From Acidimicrobiales bacterium (GTDB taxonomy: Bacteria > Actinomycetota > Acidimicrobiia > Acidimicrobiales > DATDAH01), in contig JAYRVH010000043.1 of the NCBI GenBank assembly GCA_041918615.1, positions 143,350 through 207,349 on the forward strand: a stretch of 64,000 nucleotides of DNA, in the 5' to 3' direction. The stretch's first letter is position 1. The number at the start of each line of letters is the position of its first letter. Below, piece by piece: positions 9,051-17,337 of the stretch. The notes beneath the pieces were generated by a model. It searched no databases. It was not told the DNA's origin and saw nothing but the letters and a program-made list of their open reading frames with translations. Made by a program: the position numbers and the translations under genes.

Positions 9051-9094
9051 GGCAGGCGCTCGGCCCTCGCCTGGCAGGCGCTCGGCCCTCGCCT
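9051..9094. repeat. Perfect 22-bp tandem duplication (ggcaggcgctcggccctcgcct x2)
   Basis: Read directly from the sequence. The other three hyuB 3' copies carry a single unit. 22 nt is not a multiple of 3, so it causes a frameshift. Confidence 0.9.
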
Positions 9095-9338
9095 CGTCGC
9101 CGCCCGGTAGGAGCCAGTTCTCGCCGACCGCTCCCGGCTCGCCGCCAGCCAGGCCCCAGGGTTGGCTCACGCGACGCTCGGTGATCAGCGACACGGTGGC
9201 GTCAACGAGCACCTGGAGATCGCGCTCGATCCCCTCGCCAACCGACGCCAGACCAGCGCCGCCGCTCCCCTGCCGAAGCCGGTAGCGCAGTACCCGCAGT
9301 GGGAACGCCCGCTCCAGCGCCTCGATCGGCGTGTTCTT

Positions 9339-9349
9339 GGTGTTGGTCA
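9339..9349 (-). repeat. 11-nt boundary core TGACCAACACC (minus strand)
   Basis: Lies at the upstream edge of fragment C, 23 nt downstream of the vapC stop. Confidence 0.6.
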
Positions 9350-9372
9350 ACACGCTCCACGCGCTGCACCGG

Positions 9373-9756
9373 TCAGCGGCGAACGACGGTGACCGTGCAC
9401 CGAGGTCCGGGAGCGAGCGCAAGGCGCGCATCGGCGGTGACGAGCGGCACCTCCAGCGCCTCAGCTACAGCGACGTAGGTCGCGTCGTAGGCACTGACAT
9501 TGTCACGCAACTCCCAGATGCGGGCGAGCAGGCCGCTCACACCCACTCGCTCGATTCCAAGTTGCGCCCACGTGTCAACGGCCCGCCAAGCATCGTCGGT
9601 CTCGACCTCGCCTCGCAGGACCTGAGCACGCAACGCTTGCACCACCTCGGAATCGGCCAGGTGAGGACAGGCGACCGAACCTTCGCGAAGCCTCGCTCTG
9701 GCATCACCGTCGTTGAGCAGCCCGAGCACCGCTGCTGATGCGTCGATCACGATCAC
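9373..9756 (-). CDS. vapC: PIN-domain toxin VapC
   Basis: 127 aa with N-terminal MIVIDASA and the acidic residues typical of PIN domains (YDATYVAVAE, LVTAD). There is a 4-nt overlap with the upstream antitoxin ORF. Confidence 0.85.
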   Translation of the reverse strand: MIVIDASAAVLGLLNDGDARARLREGSVACPHLADSEVVQALRAQVLRGEVETDDAWRAVDTWAQLGIERVGVSGLLARIWELRDNVSAYDATYVAVAEALEVPLVTADARLALAPGPRCTVTVVRR

Positions 9757-9974
9757 CGCTCAGCGCGCCCAACCTCGATGTCCCTCACGATGGCCGCGGC
9801 CTCCACACCCAGGTCGGGAAGTTGCGCCAGCAACGCGGGATTGGCATCCCGGCGCGCGATGAGTGCCAACTCCCGCGTGGCGTACGCCGAGACCGACAGG
9901 CCCTCGCGGGCAGCCAGACGTTCGAGCCGCTCGCCGACTTCGTCGGGCACGTTCCGAAGGTAGAGAGTCTTCAT
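9753..9974 (-). CDS. vapB: RHH/FitA-like antitoxin (VapB-type)
   Basis: The last 73 codons of ORF 9753..11300 read MKTLYLRNVPDEVGERLERLAAREGLSVSAYATREL..., typical of FitA/StbC-type antitoxins. The rest of that ORF is antisense to hyuB. An alternative start lies ~18-21 nt upstream. Confidence 0.75.
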   Translation of the reverse strand: MKTLYLRNVPDEVGERLERLAAREGLSVSAYATRELALIARRDANPALLAQLPDLGVEAAAIVRDIEVGRAER

Positions 9975-9982
9975 GTCGCAGA

Positions 9983-9992
9983 ATGCTAGCAT
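9983..9992. promoter_or_regulatory. Perfect 10-bp palindrome ATGCTAGCAT just upstream of vapB (candidate operator)
   Basis: Read directly from the sequence. It lies in the 47-nt gap between the hyuB stop and the vapB start. Confidence 0.35.
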
Positions 9993-10021
9993 CATCCTTT
10001 CAATCTGCGACAGTGGGGCGC

Positions 10022-11647
10022 TCACGACGACGGGGGCTCGCCCCAGCCGCCGCCACCCGGCGTCAGCATCCGCAGGACGTCGCCGGCCTTGAGCTGGATC
10101 GTGCACTTGTCGGCCAGGCGCTCGGCCCTGCTCTCGCCACCTCCCGGCAGGAGCCAGTTCTCCCCCACCGCTCCGGGCTCGCCGCCGGCCAAGCCCCAGG
10201 GCTGGCTCACCCGCCGCTCGGTGATCAGGGACACGGTGGCGTCGACGAGCACCTGGAGATCCCGCTCGATCCCCTCGCCACCCGACGCCAAACCCGCTCC
10301 GCCACTCCCCTGCCGCAACCGATAGCGCAGCACCCGCAGCGGGAATGCTCGCTCGAGCGCCTCGATCGGGGTGTTCTTCGTATTTGTCATGTTCGTGTGG
10401 ATTCCCGACTGGCCCGGCACACCCGCCACGGACTGGTGTCCTTCGTCGACGGTGTTGGTCATGGCAGTGGGCACGCCGCTCATGCCGTCCCGGCCGGGCC
10501 GGGCGCCCTGACCGCCACCGACGGTCTCGTAGTAGACCCACGCGCCGGCGCCCCCGACGCCCTCCCCGCCCACGAGCAGGTTGTTCATCGTGCCCTGGGA
10601 GGCGGCCGGCACGCGGCCTGGGAGGGCCTGGGCGAGGGCCCCGAGGCACACATCGGCGACCCGTTGGCTCACCTCCACGTTGCCCGCCCCCACTGCCGCC
10701 GGCGACCGGGCCGCGACCACCGTGCCCAGTGGCGCGACGACCGTGACCGGCCGCATGGCGCCGCCGTTGGCCGGGATCGTGGGGTCGGTCACCGAGCGGA
10801 GGGCGAAGCCCACGGCCGAGGCCGTGACCGCCTCGACGGCGTTCACGTTCCCTCGGCGCTGGGTACCGGTGCCCGTGAAGTCGAACGTCACCTCGTCGCC
10901 CGCGACCGTGAGGGTGACCACGACCGGCGTCGGCACCTGCTGCTCGGCGGACGGGCCGAAGGAGTCGAGCACATCCGCGAATCGCCAGGTGCCGTCGGGC
11001 ACCTGCGCGATGGCCGCACGCGCCCGGCGCTCGCCGTAGTCGAGCACCTCGTCGAGCGGCGCACCGGTCAGCGCCGCCAGGCCGGCGGCACCGACCACGT
11101 TGGCCCCGATCTGGGCGTCCAGGTCGCCGGCACGCTCCGCCGGCGTGCGCGAGTTGGCCAGGAGCACCGTCCGGACGCCCGGGTCGAGCACGACGGGCGG
11201 AAGTCGCAGGCCCTCCTGGAAGATCTCGACGGCATCGGCCGGAAGCGAGCCGGGGGCGCCACCGCCGACATCGGCGTGGTGGGCGCGGTTGGCCACCCAT
11301 CCCACCAGACGGGCTCCGGCGAACACCGGTGCCACGAGGGTCAGGTCGTTCAGGTGGGTGCCACCGGCGAAGGGGTCGTTGAGGATCACCTGATCACCGG
11401 CACCCAGGTTGTCACCGAAGACGGCGATGGCCGCAGCGACCGACGCCGGCATCGACCCGAGATGCACGGGTATGTGCTCCGCCTGCACCAGCAACTCGCC
11501 GGTGGCCGTGAACAGGGCGGCCGAGCAGTCGGCCCGCTCCTTGATGTTGGGACTGAACGCAGCCCGCCGGAGAACGGCCCCCATCTCCTCGGCGACCGCC
11601 GTGAGCCGTGAGATCAGCACCTGGAGCGAGGCGGCGTCGAGGCTCAC
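10022..11647 (-). CDS. hyuB: Hydantoinase B / oxoprolinase family protein
   Basis: Family motifs are present (NIKERADCSAALF, NDPFAGGTHLNDL, HTNMTNTKNTPIEALE). A GTG start at 11647 overlaps the hyuA stop (GTGA). The ORF track extends to 11710. Confidence 0.9.
   Translation of the reverse strand: MSLDAASLQVLISRLTAVAEEMGAVLRRAAFSPNIKERADCSAALFTATGELLVQAEHIPVHLGSMPASVAAAIAVFGDNLGAGDQVILNDPFAGGTHLNDLTLVAPVFAGARLVGWVANRAHHADVGGGAPGSLPADAVEIFQEGLRLPPVVLDPGVRTVLLANSRTPAERAGDLDAQIGANVVGAAGLAALTGAPLDEVLDYGERRARAAIAQVPDGTWRFADVLDSFGPSAEQQVPTPVVVTLTVAGDEVTFDFTGTGTQRRGNVNAVEAVTASAVGFALRSVTDPTIPANGGAMRPVTVVAPLGTVVAARSPAAVGAGNVEVSQRVADVCLGALAQALPGRVPAASQGTMNNLLVGGEGVGGAGAWVYYETVGGGQGARPGRDGMSGVPTAMTNTVDEGHQSVAGVPGQSGIHTNMTNTKNTPIEALERAFPLRVLRYRLRQGSGGAGLASGGEGIERDLQVLVDATVSLITERRVSQPWGLAGGEPGAVGENWLLPGGGESRAERLADKCTIQLKAGDVLRMLTPGGGGWGEPPSS
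10451..10461 (-). repeat. 11-nt core TGACCAACACC inside functional hyuB (first MTNT)
   Basis: Identical to the cores heading fragments B and C. A degenerate second copy (TGACAAATACG) lies at 10379..10389. Confidence 0.6.
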
Positions 11648-13452
11648 CGGGCGCCTCTCGCTCCCCGCACGAGGCGCAGGGCACCCGCTGCGCCGGGCTC
11701 GGCGCGCCACCCCTCGGGCAGCCAGATGGTGGTGTCAGCCTCCACGATCGATCCCGGGCCGACCGCGCCGCGTCGAGAGGGCACGGGGAGGTCGATCACG
11801 TCGACCGGGGCGGGGCGTCGCGCGGTGGCCCGCATCGCCACCACCTCGACCGGTGTGCCGGGACGGGCGTAGCCGTTGCGCCGCTCGTGCTCGGCCGGAA
11901 ACGCCGCCACGTCGGGCACCGACAGCTCGTGGGCCTGACCGGCGTAGCGACAGTCGACGAGCCGCTCGACCGTCACCCCCTCCCCACCGAGGGCCGCAGC
12001 CGCCTCTTCCGCGAGTGCATCCAGTGCGGCCTCGAGCCCGTCCCTTCCCGCCGGGGCCGGCCACGAGCGCACCAGATCGTGCTGGCGGGGGCTGGCCATC
12101 ACACCGACCGCCGACAGGACCCCGGCCCGGGCCGGCACCAGCACGGTTCCGACCCCGAGGGCATCGGCCAGGGCGCACGCGTGGAGCGGGCCCGCTCCCC
12201 CGAAGGCGACGAGCGCGCCGTCCCGTGGATCGACCCCGCGGCCAACCGACACCGTCCGCAACGCCCGCTCCATGGCCGCGTCGACCACCGCCAGCACCCC
12301 CTCCGCGGCAGCGCGCGCACTCCCAAGCCCGAGCCGCGAGAGGGCCGCCTCGGCGCTCGCGAGATCGAGCCGGCCGAGACCAGGAAGCTCGACGTCGGGC
12401 GGGAGACGGCCCGCCACCAGATCCGCGTCGGTCACGGTGGGCAACCGACCGCCACGGCCGTAGCAGGCTGGGCCGGGGTCGGCCCCCGCGCTGGCCGGGC
12501 CGACGACCAGCGCACCACCCGGATCGACCCGTGCAACGGAGCCGCCCCCGGCCCCGATGGTGTGGACGTCGAGCGACGGGACCCGGACGGGGAGGCCCGC
12601 GACCTCCCGTTGGGCCGCCGGAGCCGGCCGCCCGTCGAGCACAAGGCACACATCGGTGCTCGTGCCACCCATGTCGAAGCTGAGCGCCGCAGGGAACCCG
12701 TTGGCCTCGGCCACGGAGGCGGCGGCCTGTGCCCCACCGGCAGGACCCGAGAGCAGCAGGAGTGCGGGCCGGGCCGCCGCCTCCCCGACGGGGATGAGCC
12801 CGCCCGCCGACGTCATCACCAGCACCTCTCCCGCCAGGTCGGCGAGGGCCCCCAGGTAGCGACCGCAGGAGGGTCGCAGGTAGGCGTTCATCACCGTCGT
12901 CACCGTCCGCTCGTACTCGCGGAACTCGGGGGCCACCTCATGGGACGCGCTCACGTCGTGGCCCGCCTCCCGCAACTGCCCGGCCACCCACCGCTCGTGA
13001 TCCGACGCCAGGTCGGCGTGGAGCAGGCACACGGCCACGGCGTCCACGTCATCAGGCAACACGGGGACGACACCGGGCGCCTCGGTCTCAACACCGCGGT
13101 GATCGATCCGCCCGGCCACCTCGTAGCGCCGGCCACGGGGTACCAGCGGCTCGGGCCGGTCGATCCAGGGGTCGTAGAGCGAGGGCCGGTTCTGACGGCC
13201 GATCTCGATGACGTCGGCGAAACCAGCGGTGGTCACGAGGGCCACCGCGGCACCCGACCGCTCGAGGAGCGCATTGGTCGCGACCGTGGTCCCGTGGGCG
13301 AGCGAGCCCGGAAGCAGGCCACCACCCATCCGGTGGACGCCCTCGCGCACGGCGGCCGAAGGCTCCTCCGGCGTCGAAAGCACCTTCAGGGTGGCCCCAC
13401 CCTCGGTGACCAGATCGGTGAAGGTCCCACCCGCGTCAGAGCCGACTCGCAC
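11644..13452 (-). CDS. hyuA: Hydantoinase A / oxoprolinase family protein
   Basis: 602 aa with N-terminal MRVGSDAGGTFTD, plus FDMGGTSTDV and HTIGAGGGS motifs. Translationally coupled to hyuB. Confidence 0.9.
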   Translation of the reverse strand: MRVGSDAGGTFTDLVTEGGATLKVLSTPEEPSAAVREGVHRMGGGLLPGSLAHGTTVATNALLERSGAAVALVTTAGFADVIEIGRQNRPSLYDPWIDRPEPLVPRGRRYEVAGRIDHRGVETEAPGVVPVLPDDVDAVAVCLLHADLASDHERWVAGQLREAGHDVSASHEVAPEFREYERTVTTVMNAYLRPSCGRYLGALADLAGEVLVMTSAGGLIPVGEAAARPALLLLSGPAGGAQAAASVAEANGFPAALSFDMGGTSTDVCLVLDGRPAPAAQREVAGLPVRVPSLDVHTIGAGGGSVARVDPGGALVVGPASAGADPGPACYGRGGRLPTVTDADLVAGRLPPDVELPGLGRLDLASAEAALSRLGLGSARAAAEGVLAVVDAAMERALRTVSVGRGVDPRDGALVAFGGAGPLHACALADALGVGTVLVPARAGVLSAVGVMASPRQHDLVRSWPAPAGRDGLEAALDALAEEAAAALGGEGVTVERLVDCRYAGQAHELSVPDVAAFPAEHERRNGYARPGTPVEVVAMRATARRPAPVDVIDLPVPSRRGAVGPGSIVEADTTIWLPEGWRAEPGAAGALRLVRGARGAR

Positions 13453-13538
13453 GTCGCGACCGTATTCCGCTCACGGGCCTCGTCGACGATGCCGATGGAG
13501 ATGGTGTCGGTGTACAGCACGCGGGCGAGAGGAGCGCA

Positions 13539-14075
13539 GTGGCCAGGTTGCGGCGGAAAGCCAAGAAGTCGGAGGACGCCGACCTCGCCGAGAACGTCGA
13601 TCTGAGCGACCGCGAGCACGCATGGTGGGCCGCTCGGCCGCGCCTGACACTCACCTATGGCTTCGACGCCGACGCCGACACCGCTGGCGACACGGGCGAG
13701 GTCCCCGACGCCGCGCCCGCGGACCAGAGCTCCTGGCAATTCACGCCCATCTTCCAGGCGGACGGCGCCGGCCACATCGAGCAGGAGCCTCAGCACGAGC
13801 AGGAGACCGAGACCCAGGCCCGACATGATGCCCGCAACCTCGCCGAGATCTTCGGTGAGGAGTCGGCCTACCGGGCGCTCGGCCTCTCACCTGGCGCCCC
13901 GTGGGCGGACGTGGTCACCAACCATCGTCGACTGGCGAAGCTGTACCACCCCGACCGACTCCTCGATGCCGACCCCATCACCCGCGCTGAGGGCGAGGCG
14001 AAGATGCGTGACGCCAACGTCGCCTACGAGACCCTCCGCCGGTGGTCCCGTGAGACCGCCGGCGGCGCGGGCTGA
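13539..14075 (+). CDS. J-domain (DnaJ-like) protein
   Basis: 178 aa. C-terminal J domain with an HPD motif (YRALGLSPGAPWADVVTNHRRLAKLYHPDR). Confidence 0.8.
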   Translation: MARLRRKAKKSEDADLAENVDLSDREHAWWAARPRLTLTYGFDADADTAGDTGEVPDAAPADQSSWQFTPIFQADGAGHIEQEPQHEQETETQARHDARNLAEIFGEESAYRALGLSPGAPWADVVTNHRRLAKLYHPDRLLDADPITRAEGEAKMRDANVAYETLRRWSRETAGGAG

Positions 14076-14528
14076 TCAGGTGCTCGGCGGCATGCTCCCC
14101 GAGCGACCGCTCTGGCTCTGGCAGGCCTGAACGGCCAGCAGGTCCACCAGGTCGTTCATCGGGTCCCCGCTGTGACCCTTCACCCAGTGGAACACCACGT
14201 CGCCCCGCTCGAGCACGAGTCCGATGAAGGGCTCCCAGAGGTCGCGGTTGGCCACGGGCTTCTTCTGGCTGTTGGTCCAACCCCGCCGCACCCACCCCCG
14301 GTGCCACCCGTCGTTGAAGCACTTCACGACGTACGTCGAGTCGCTGAAGATCTCGAGGGGGCCGGGGTTGGCCACCACCGCCTCGTGGGCGGCCACGATC
14401 TCCATGCGTTGGTTCGTGGTGCGCGCCGCGCACCCGCTGGCGAACGCTCCGCCGGGAATCGCCCAGGCCCAACCGCCTGGGCCCGGGTTCCCCGAACAGG
14501 CGCCGTCGGTGTACGCGTGGGTGGTCAT
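14076..14528 (-). CDS. rnhA: Ribonuclease HI
   Basis: MTTHAYTDGACSGNPGPGGWAW..., SDSTYV and WVKGHSG motifs. The start was taken at an internal ATG of ORF 14076..14567. Confidence 0.9.
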   Translation of the reverse strand: MTTHAYTDGACSGNPGPGGWAWAIPGGAFASGCAARTTNQRMEIVAAHEAVVANPGPLEIFSDSTYVVKCFNDGWHRGWVRRGWTNSQKKPVANRDLWEPFIGLVLERGDVVFHWVKGHSGDPMNDLVDLLAVQACQSQSGRSGSMPPST

Positions 14529-14587
14529 CTTCGAATCGTGGCATGTCACCCGTTGCGATCCGGGCATCCACCCGTGAGGCTGTGCCC

Positions 14588-17293
14588 ATGATCATCGACG
14601 GATTCGTGCACCAGCTGCCCGACACGGATCCGGAGGAGACCCGGGAGTGGCTCGAGTCACTCGATGCCGTGGTCGCCAGGCGCGACCGCACCCGCGCCCG
14701 CTTCCTCATCGCCAGGCTCCTCGAACGGGCGCGCGAGCTGCAGGTGGGCGTCCCTGCGCAGGTGAGCACCCCCTACGTCAACACCATCCCCGCCGACGAG
14801 GAGCCGTGGTTCCCCGGTGACGAGCACCTGGAACGCAGGATCCGGGCCTTCATCCGCTGGAACGCGGCGGTGATGGTGGTGAAGGCCAACAAGCACGACG
14901 AAGGGATCGGCGGCCACCTCTCCACGTTCGCGTCCTCCGCCGCCCTCTACGAGGTGGGCTTCAACCACTTCTTCCGGGGGAAGGACGACGGCCTGGCCGG
15001 CGACCACGTCTACATCCAGGGTCACGCCGCACCAGGCATGTACTCGCGGGCCTACCTCGAAGGCCGCCTGTCGGCCGACCAGCTCGACCACTTCCGTCGC
15101 GAGGTCCGCGGTCGGGGACTGTCGAGCTACCCGCACCCCCGGTTGATGCCGGATTTCTGGGAGTTCCCCACCGTGTCCATGGGGCTCGGGCCCCTCAACT
15201 CCATCTACCACGCCCGATTCAACCGGTACCTCCACAACCGCCGGATCGACGACACCAGCGGGTCGCGGGTCTGGTGCTTCGTCGGCGACGGCGAGTGCGA
15301 CGAGCCCGAGACACTCGGCTCGATCTCCCTGGCCGCACGCGAGCAGCTCGACAACCTGACCTGGGTCGTGAACTGCAACCTCCAGCGGCTCGACGGGCCG
15401 GTGCGCGGCAACGGCAAGGTCATCCAGGAGCTCGAGGCGATCTTCCGGGGGGCCGGGTGGAACGTCATCAAGGTGATCTGGGGCTCGAAGTGGGACGACC
15501 TTCTGGCCCGCGACGTCGACGGCGTCCTCCTCGAGAAGATGAACAGCACCGTGGACGGCGACTTCCAGCGCTACGCCACCTCCGACGGCGCCCACATCCG
15601 TGAGCACTTCTTCGGGCCCGACCCCCGGCTGCGCAGCCTCGTCGAGCACCTCACCGACCACGAGCTCCGCCTGCTCCCGCGCGGCGGCCACGACTACCGC
15701 AAGCTCTACGCCGCCTACAAGTGGGCCACCGAGCAGCGGGGCGCCCCCACCGTCATCCTCGCCAAGACGGTGAAGGGCTGGACACTCGGTCCGGGCGTCG
15801 AGGGACGCAACGCGACCCACGGGATCAAGAAGATGTCCACCGATCAGCTGCTCGAGCTCCGTGAGCGACTCTCGCTGCAGACCGAGATCGCGGAGGGCTC
15901 ACTGGCCGACGGTGCCGATCCCCCCTACTTCCGGCCGGCCGAGGATTCGGCCGAGCACCGGTACCTCAGGGACCGGCGCAACGCACTCGACGGCTCCCTC
16001 CCCCGCCGGGTCGTCCACGTCAATCGGCCACTCGACCTCCCCGACGACGCCCCGTTCACCGAGCTTGCCGCCGGCTCTGGTCGTCAGTCGGTCTCCACCA
16101 CCATGGCCTTCACCCGGCTGCTGCGGAACCTGCTGCGCGACGAGGCGTTCGGGCCCCGGGTGGTGCCGATCATCCCCGACGAGGCCCGCACCTTCGGGAT
16201 GGAGGCGCTGTTCCGCGAGTTCGGCATCTACGCCGCACAAGGCCAGTTGTACGACCCCGTCGATGCCGAGCTCCTGCTCTCGTACTCCGAGGCGCAGTCG
16301 GGCCAGATCCTCGAGGAAGGGATCACCGAGGCCGGATGCATGGCCAGCTTCACCGCCGCAGGGACCGCCTACGCCACGCGCGGCGTTCCGATGGTGCCGT
16401 TCTTCGTCTTCTACTCGATGTTCGGGTTCCAACGGGTGGGAGACCTGGTCTGGGCCGCGGCCGATGCCCGCGCCAGAGGGTTTCTCTTGGGCGCCACCGC
16501 GGGGCGGACCACACTGCTCGGCGAGGGGCTCCAACACCAGGACGGCCACAGCCTGCTCCTGGCCTCGACCGTGCCCACCTGTCGCTGCTACGACCCGGCC
16601 TTCGCCTACGAGATGGCGGCGATCATCCGTGACGGCATCCACCGCATGTACGGCGACGGCGAGGACGTCTTCTACTACCTCACCCTCTACAACGAGAACT
16701 ACGAGATGCCGGCGGCGCCCGAAGGCGTCACCGACGGTGTTCTCCGGGGCCTGTACCGTTGGGCCGCCATCCCCGAGGGCCTCGCCGCGGACGCACCGGC
16801 CGGCTCGATCCTGTTCTCCGGCACCACTCACCGGGCCGCCCGCCAGGCCCGTGACGAGTTGGCCGAGCACTTCGGGGTGGGCGTCGACCTGTGGAGCGCG
16901 ACCTCGTACAAGGCTCTCCGCGAGGACGCCATGTCCGTGGAGCGGTGGAACCGTCTGCACCCGACGGCGGTCGACCGACGGGTGCCCTTCGTCACCGGAC
17001 AACTCGCAGCCGGGACCGGGCCGGTCGTCGCCATCACCGACTTCATGCGGGCGGTGCCCGACCAGGTCGCCCGCTGGATCCCCCGCCCCTACCGCTCGCT
17101 CGGCACCGACGGTTTCGGCCGGAGCGACACACGAGAGGAGCTCCGCTCGTTCTTCGAGGTGGACGCGGGCCACCTGGTCGTTGCCCTGCTCGCCGGCCTC
17201 GCCGATGCGGGCACCATCGACCGCGAGACGGTGCGGGACGCCCTCGACCGCTACGACCTCGACGCCGACCGCGCCGACCCCTGGGAGCGCTGA
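14588..17293 (+). CDS. aceE: Pyruvate dehydrogenase E1 component, homodimeric type
   Basis: ~900 aa. N-terminal DTDPEETREWLESL and ThDP-binding region GDGECDEPE, with full-length collinearity to AceE-type E1. Confidence 0.95.
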   Translation: MIIDGFVHQLPDTDPEETREWLESLDAVVARRDRTRARFLIARLLERARELQVGVPAQVSTPYVNTIPADEEPWFPGDEHLERRIRAFIRWNAAVMVVKANKHDEGIGGHLSTFASSAALYEVGFNHFFRGKDDGLAGDHVYIQGHAAPGMYSRAYLEGRLSADQLDHFRREVRGRGLSSYPHPRLMPDFWEFPTVSMGLGPLNSIYHARFNRYLHNRRIDDTSGSRVWCFVGDGECDEPETLGSISLAAREQLDNLTWVVNCNLQRLDGPVRGNGKVIQELEAIFRGAGWNVIKVIWGSKWDDLLARDVDGVLLEKMNSTVDGDFQRYATSDGAHIREHFFGPDPRLRSLVEHLTDHELRLLPRGGHDYRKLYAAYKWATEQRGAPTVILAKTVKGWTLGPGVEGRNATHGIKKMSTDQLLELRERLSLQTEIAEGSLADGADPPYFRPAEDSAEHRYLRDRRNALDGSLPRRVVHVNRPLDLPDDAPFTELAAGSGRQSVSTTMAFTRLLRNLLRDEAFGPRVVPIIPDEARTFGMEALFREFGIYAAQGQLYDPVDAELLLSYSEAQSGQILEEGITEAGCMASFTAAGTAYATRGVPMVPFFVFYSMFGFQRVGDLVWAAADARARGFLLGATAGRTTLLGEGLQHQDGHSLLLASTVPTCRCYDPAFAYEMAAIIRDGIHRMYGDGEDVFYYLTLYNENYEMPAAPEGVTDGVLRGLYRWAAIPEGLAADAPAGSILFSGTTHRAARQARDELAEHFGVGVDLWSATSYKALREDAMSVERWNRLHPTAVDRRVPFVTGQLAAGTGPVVAITDFMRAVPDQVARWIPRPYRSLGTDGFGRSDTREELRSFFEVDAGHLVVALLAGLADAGTIDRETVRDALDRYDLDADRADPWER

Positions 17294-17337
17294 CCGACGT
17301 CGGGTCGTGGTGTGACCACCTTCGCTAGGGTGAGCCG

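Larger units (their letters stand above)
7362..9338 (-). mobile_element. Putative inserted module 2: hyuB 3' copy C, then a 296-bp spacer, then a DUF4143 ATPase
   Basis: Bounded by identical cores at 9339..9349 and 7351..7361. Contains no recombinase gene. Confidence 0.4.
8960..9349 (-). pseudogene. hyuB 3'-terminal fragment, copy C (frameshifted by a 22-bp duplication)
   Basis: Encodes LTNTKNTPIEALERAFPLRVLRYRLRQGSGGAGLASVGEGIERDLQVLVDATVSLITERRVSQPWGLAGGEPGAVGENWLLPGGDEARAERL. The frame then breaks, and the tail ...KCTIDLKAGDVLRKLAPDGGGWGQLLHS follows in another frame. Confidence 0.85.
9350..10450 (-). mobile_element. Putative inserted module 3: the current hyuB 3' end (with a 24-codon junction duplication) plus vapBC
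   Basis: Bounded by cores at 10451..10461 and 9339..9349. Confidence 0.35.

Noticed and set aside
5358-10461. The hyuB 3' repeats might be the template and variable repeats of a diversity-generating retroelement, or silent cassettes for C-terminal switching.
   Set aside because: No reverse transcriptase lies nearby. Differences between the copies are not adenine-specific and include indels. All copies are in direct orientation, so recombination would delete rather than swap. Two copies are frameshifted.
5358-10461. The repeat array might be an assembly artefact or a simple local tandem duplication.
   Set aside because: The four copies differ from each other at many positions, and each has private lesions. 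The intervening cargo genes are unrelated to one another. This does not fit collapsed or duplicated reads or a tandem duplication. Only read-level data could fully exclude misassembly.
5358-10461. The repeat-spacer layout might be a CRISPR-like array.
   Set aside because: The repeats are ~370 bp gene fragments rather than 25-40 bp units. The 'spacers' are whole genes. No cas genes are present.
9975-11300. The upstream 442 codons of the 515-aa ORF 9753..11300 might be a real gene.
   Set aside because: The translation is Arg/Gly/Pro-rich and low-complexity, and lies entirely antisense to hyuB. Only the last 73 codons (the antitoxin) look real.
11409-13605. Long plus-strand ORFs (11409..12683, 11608..13605) overlap hyuA.
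   Set aside because: These are typical high-GC antisense open frames with Arg/Pro/Gly-dominated translations and no motifs. The opposite-strand HyuA is strongly supported.
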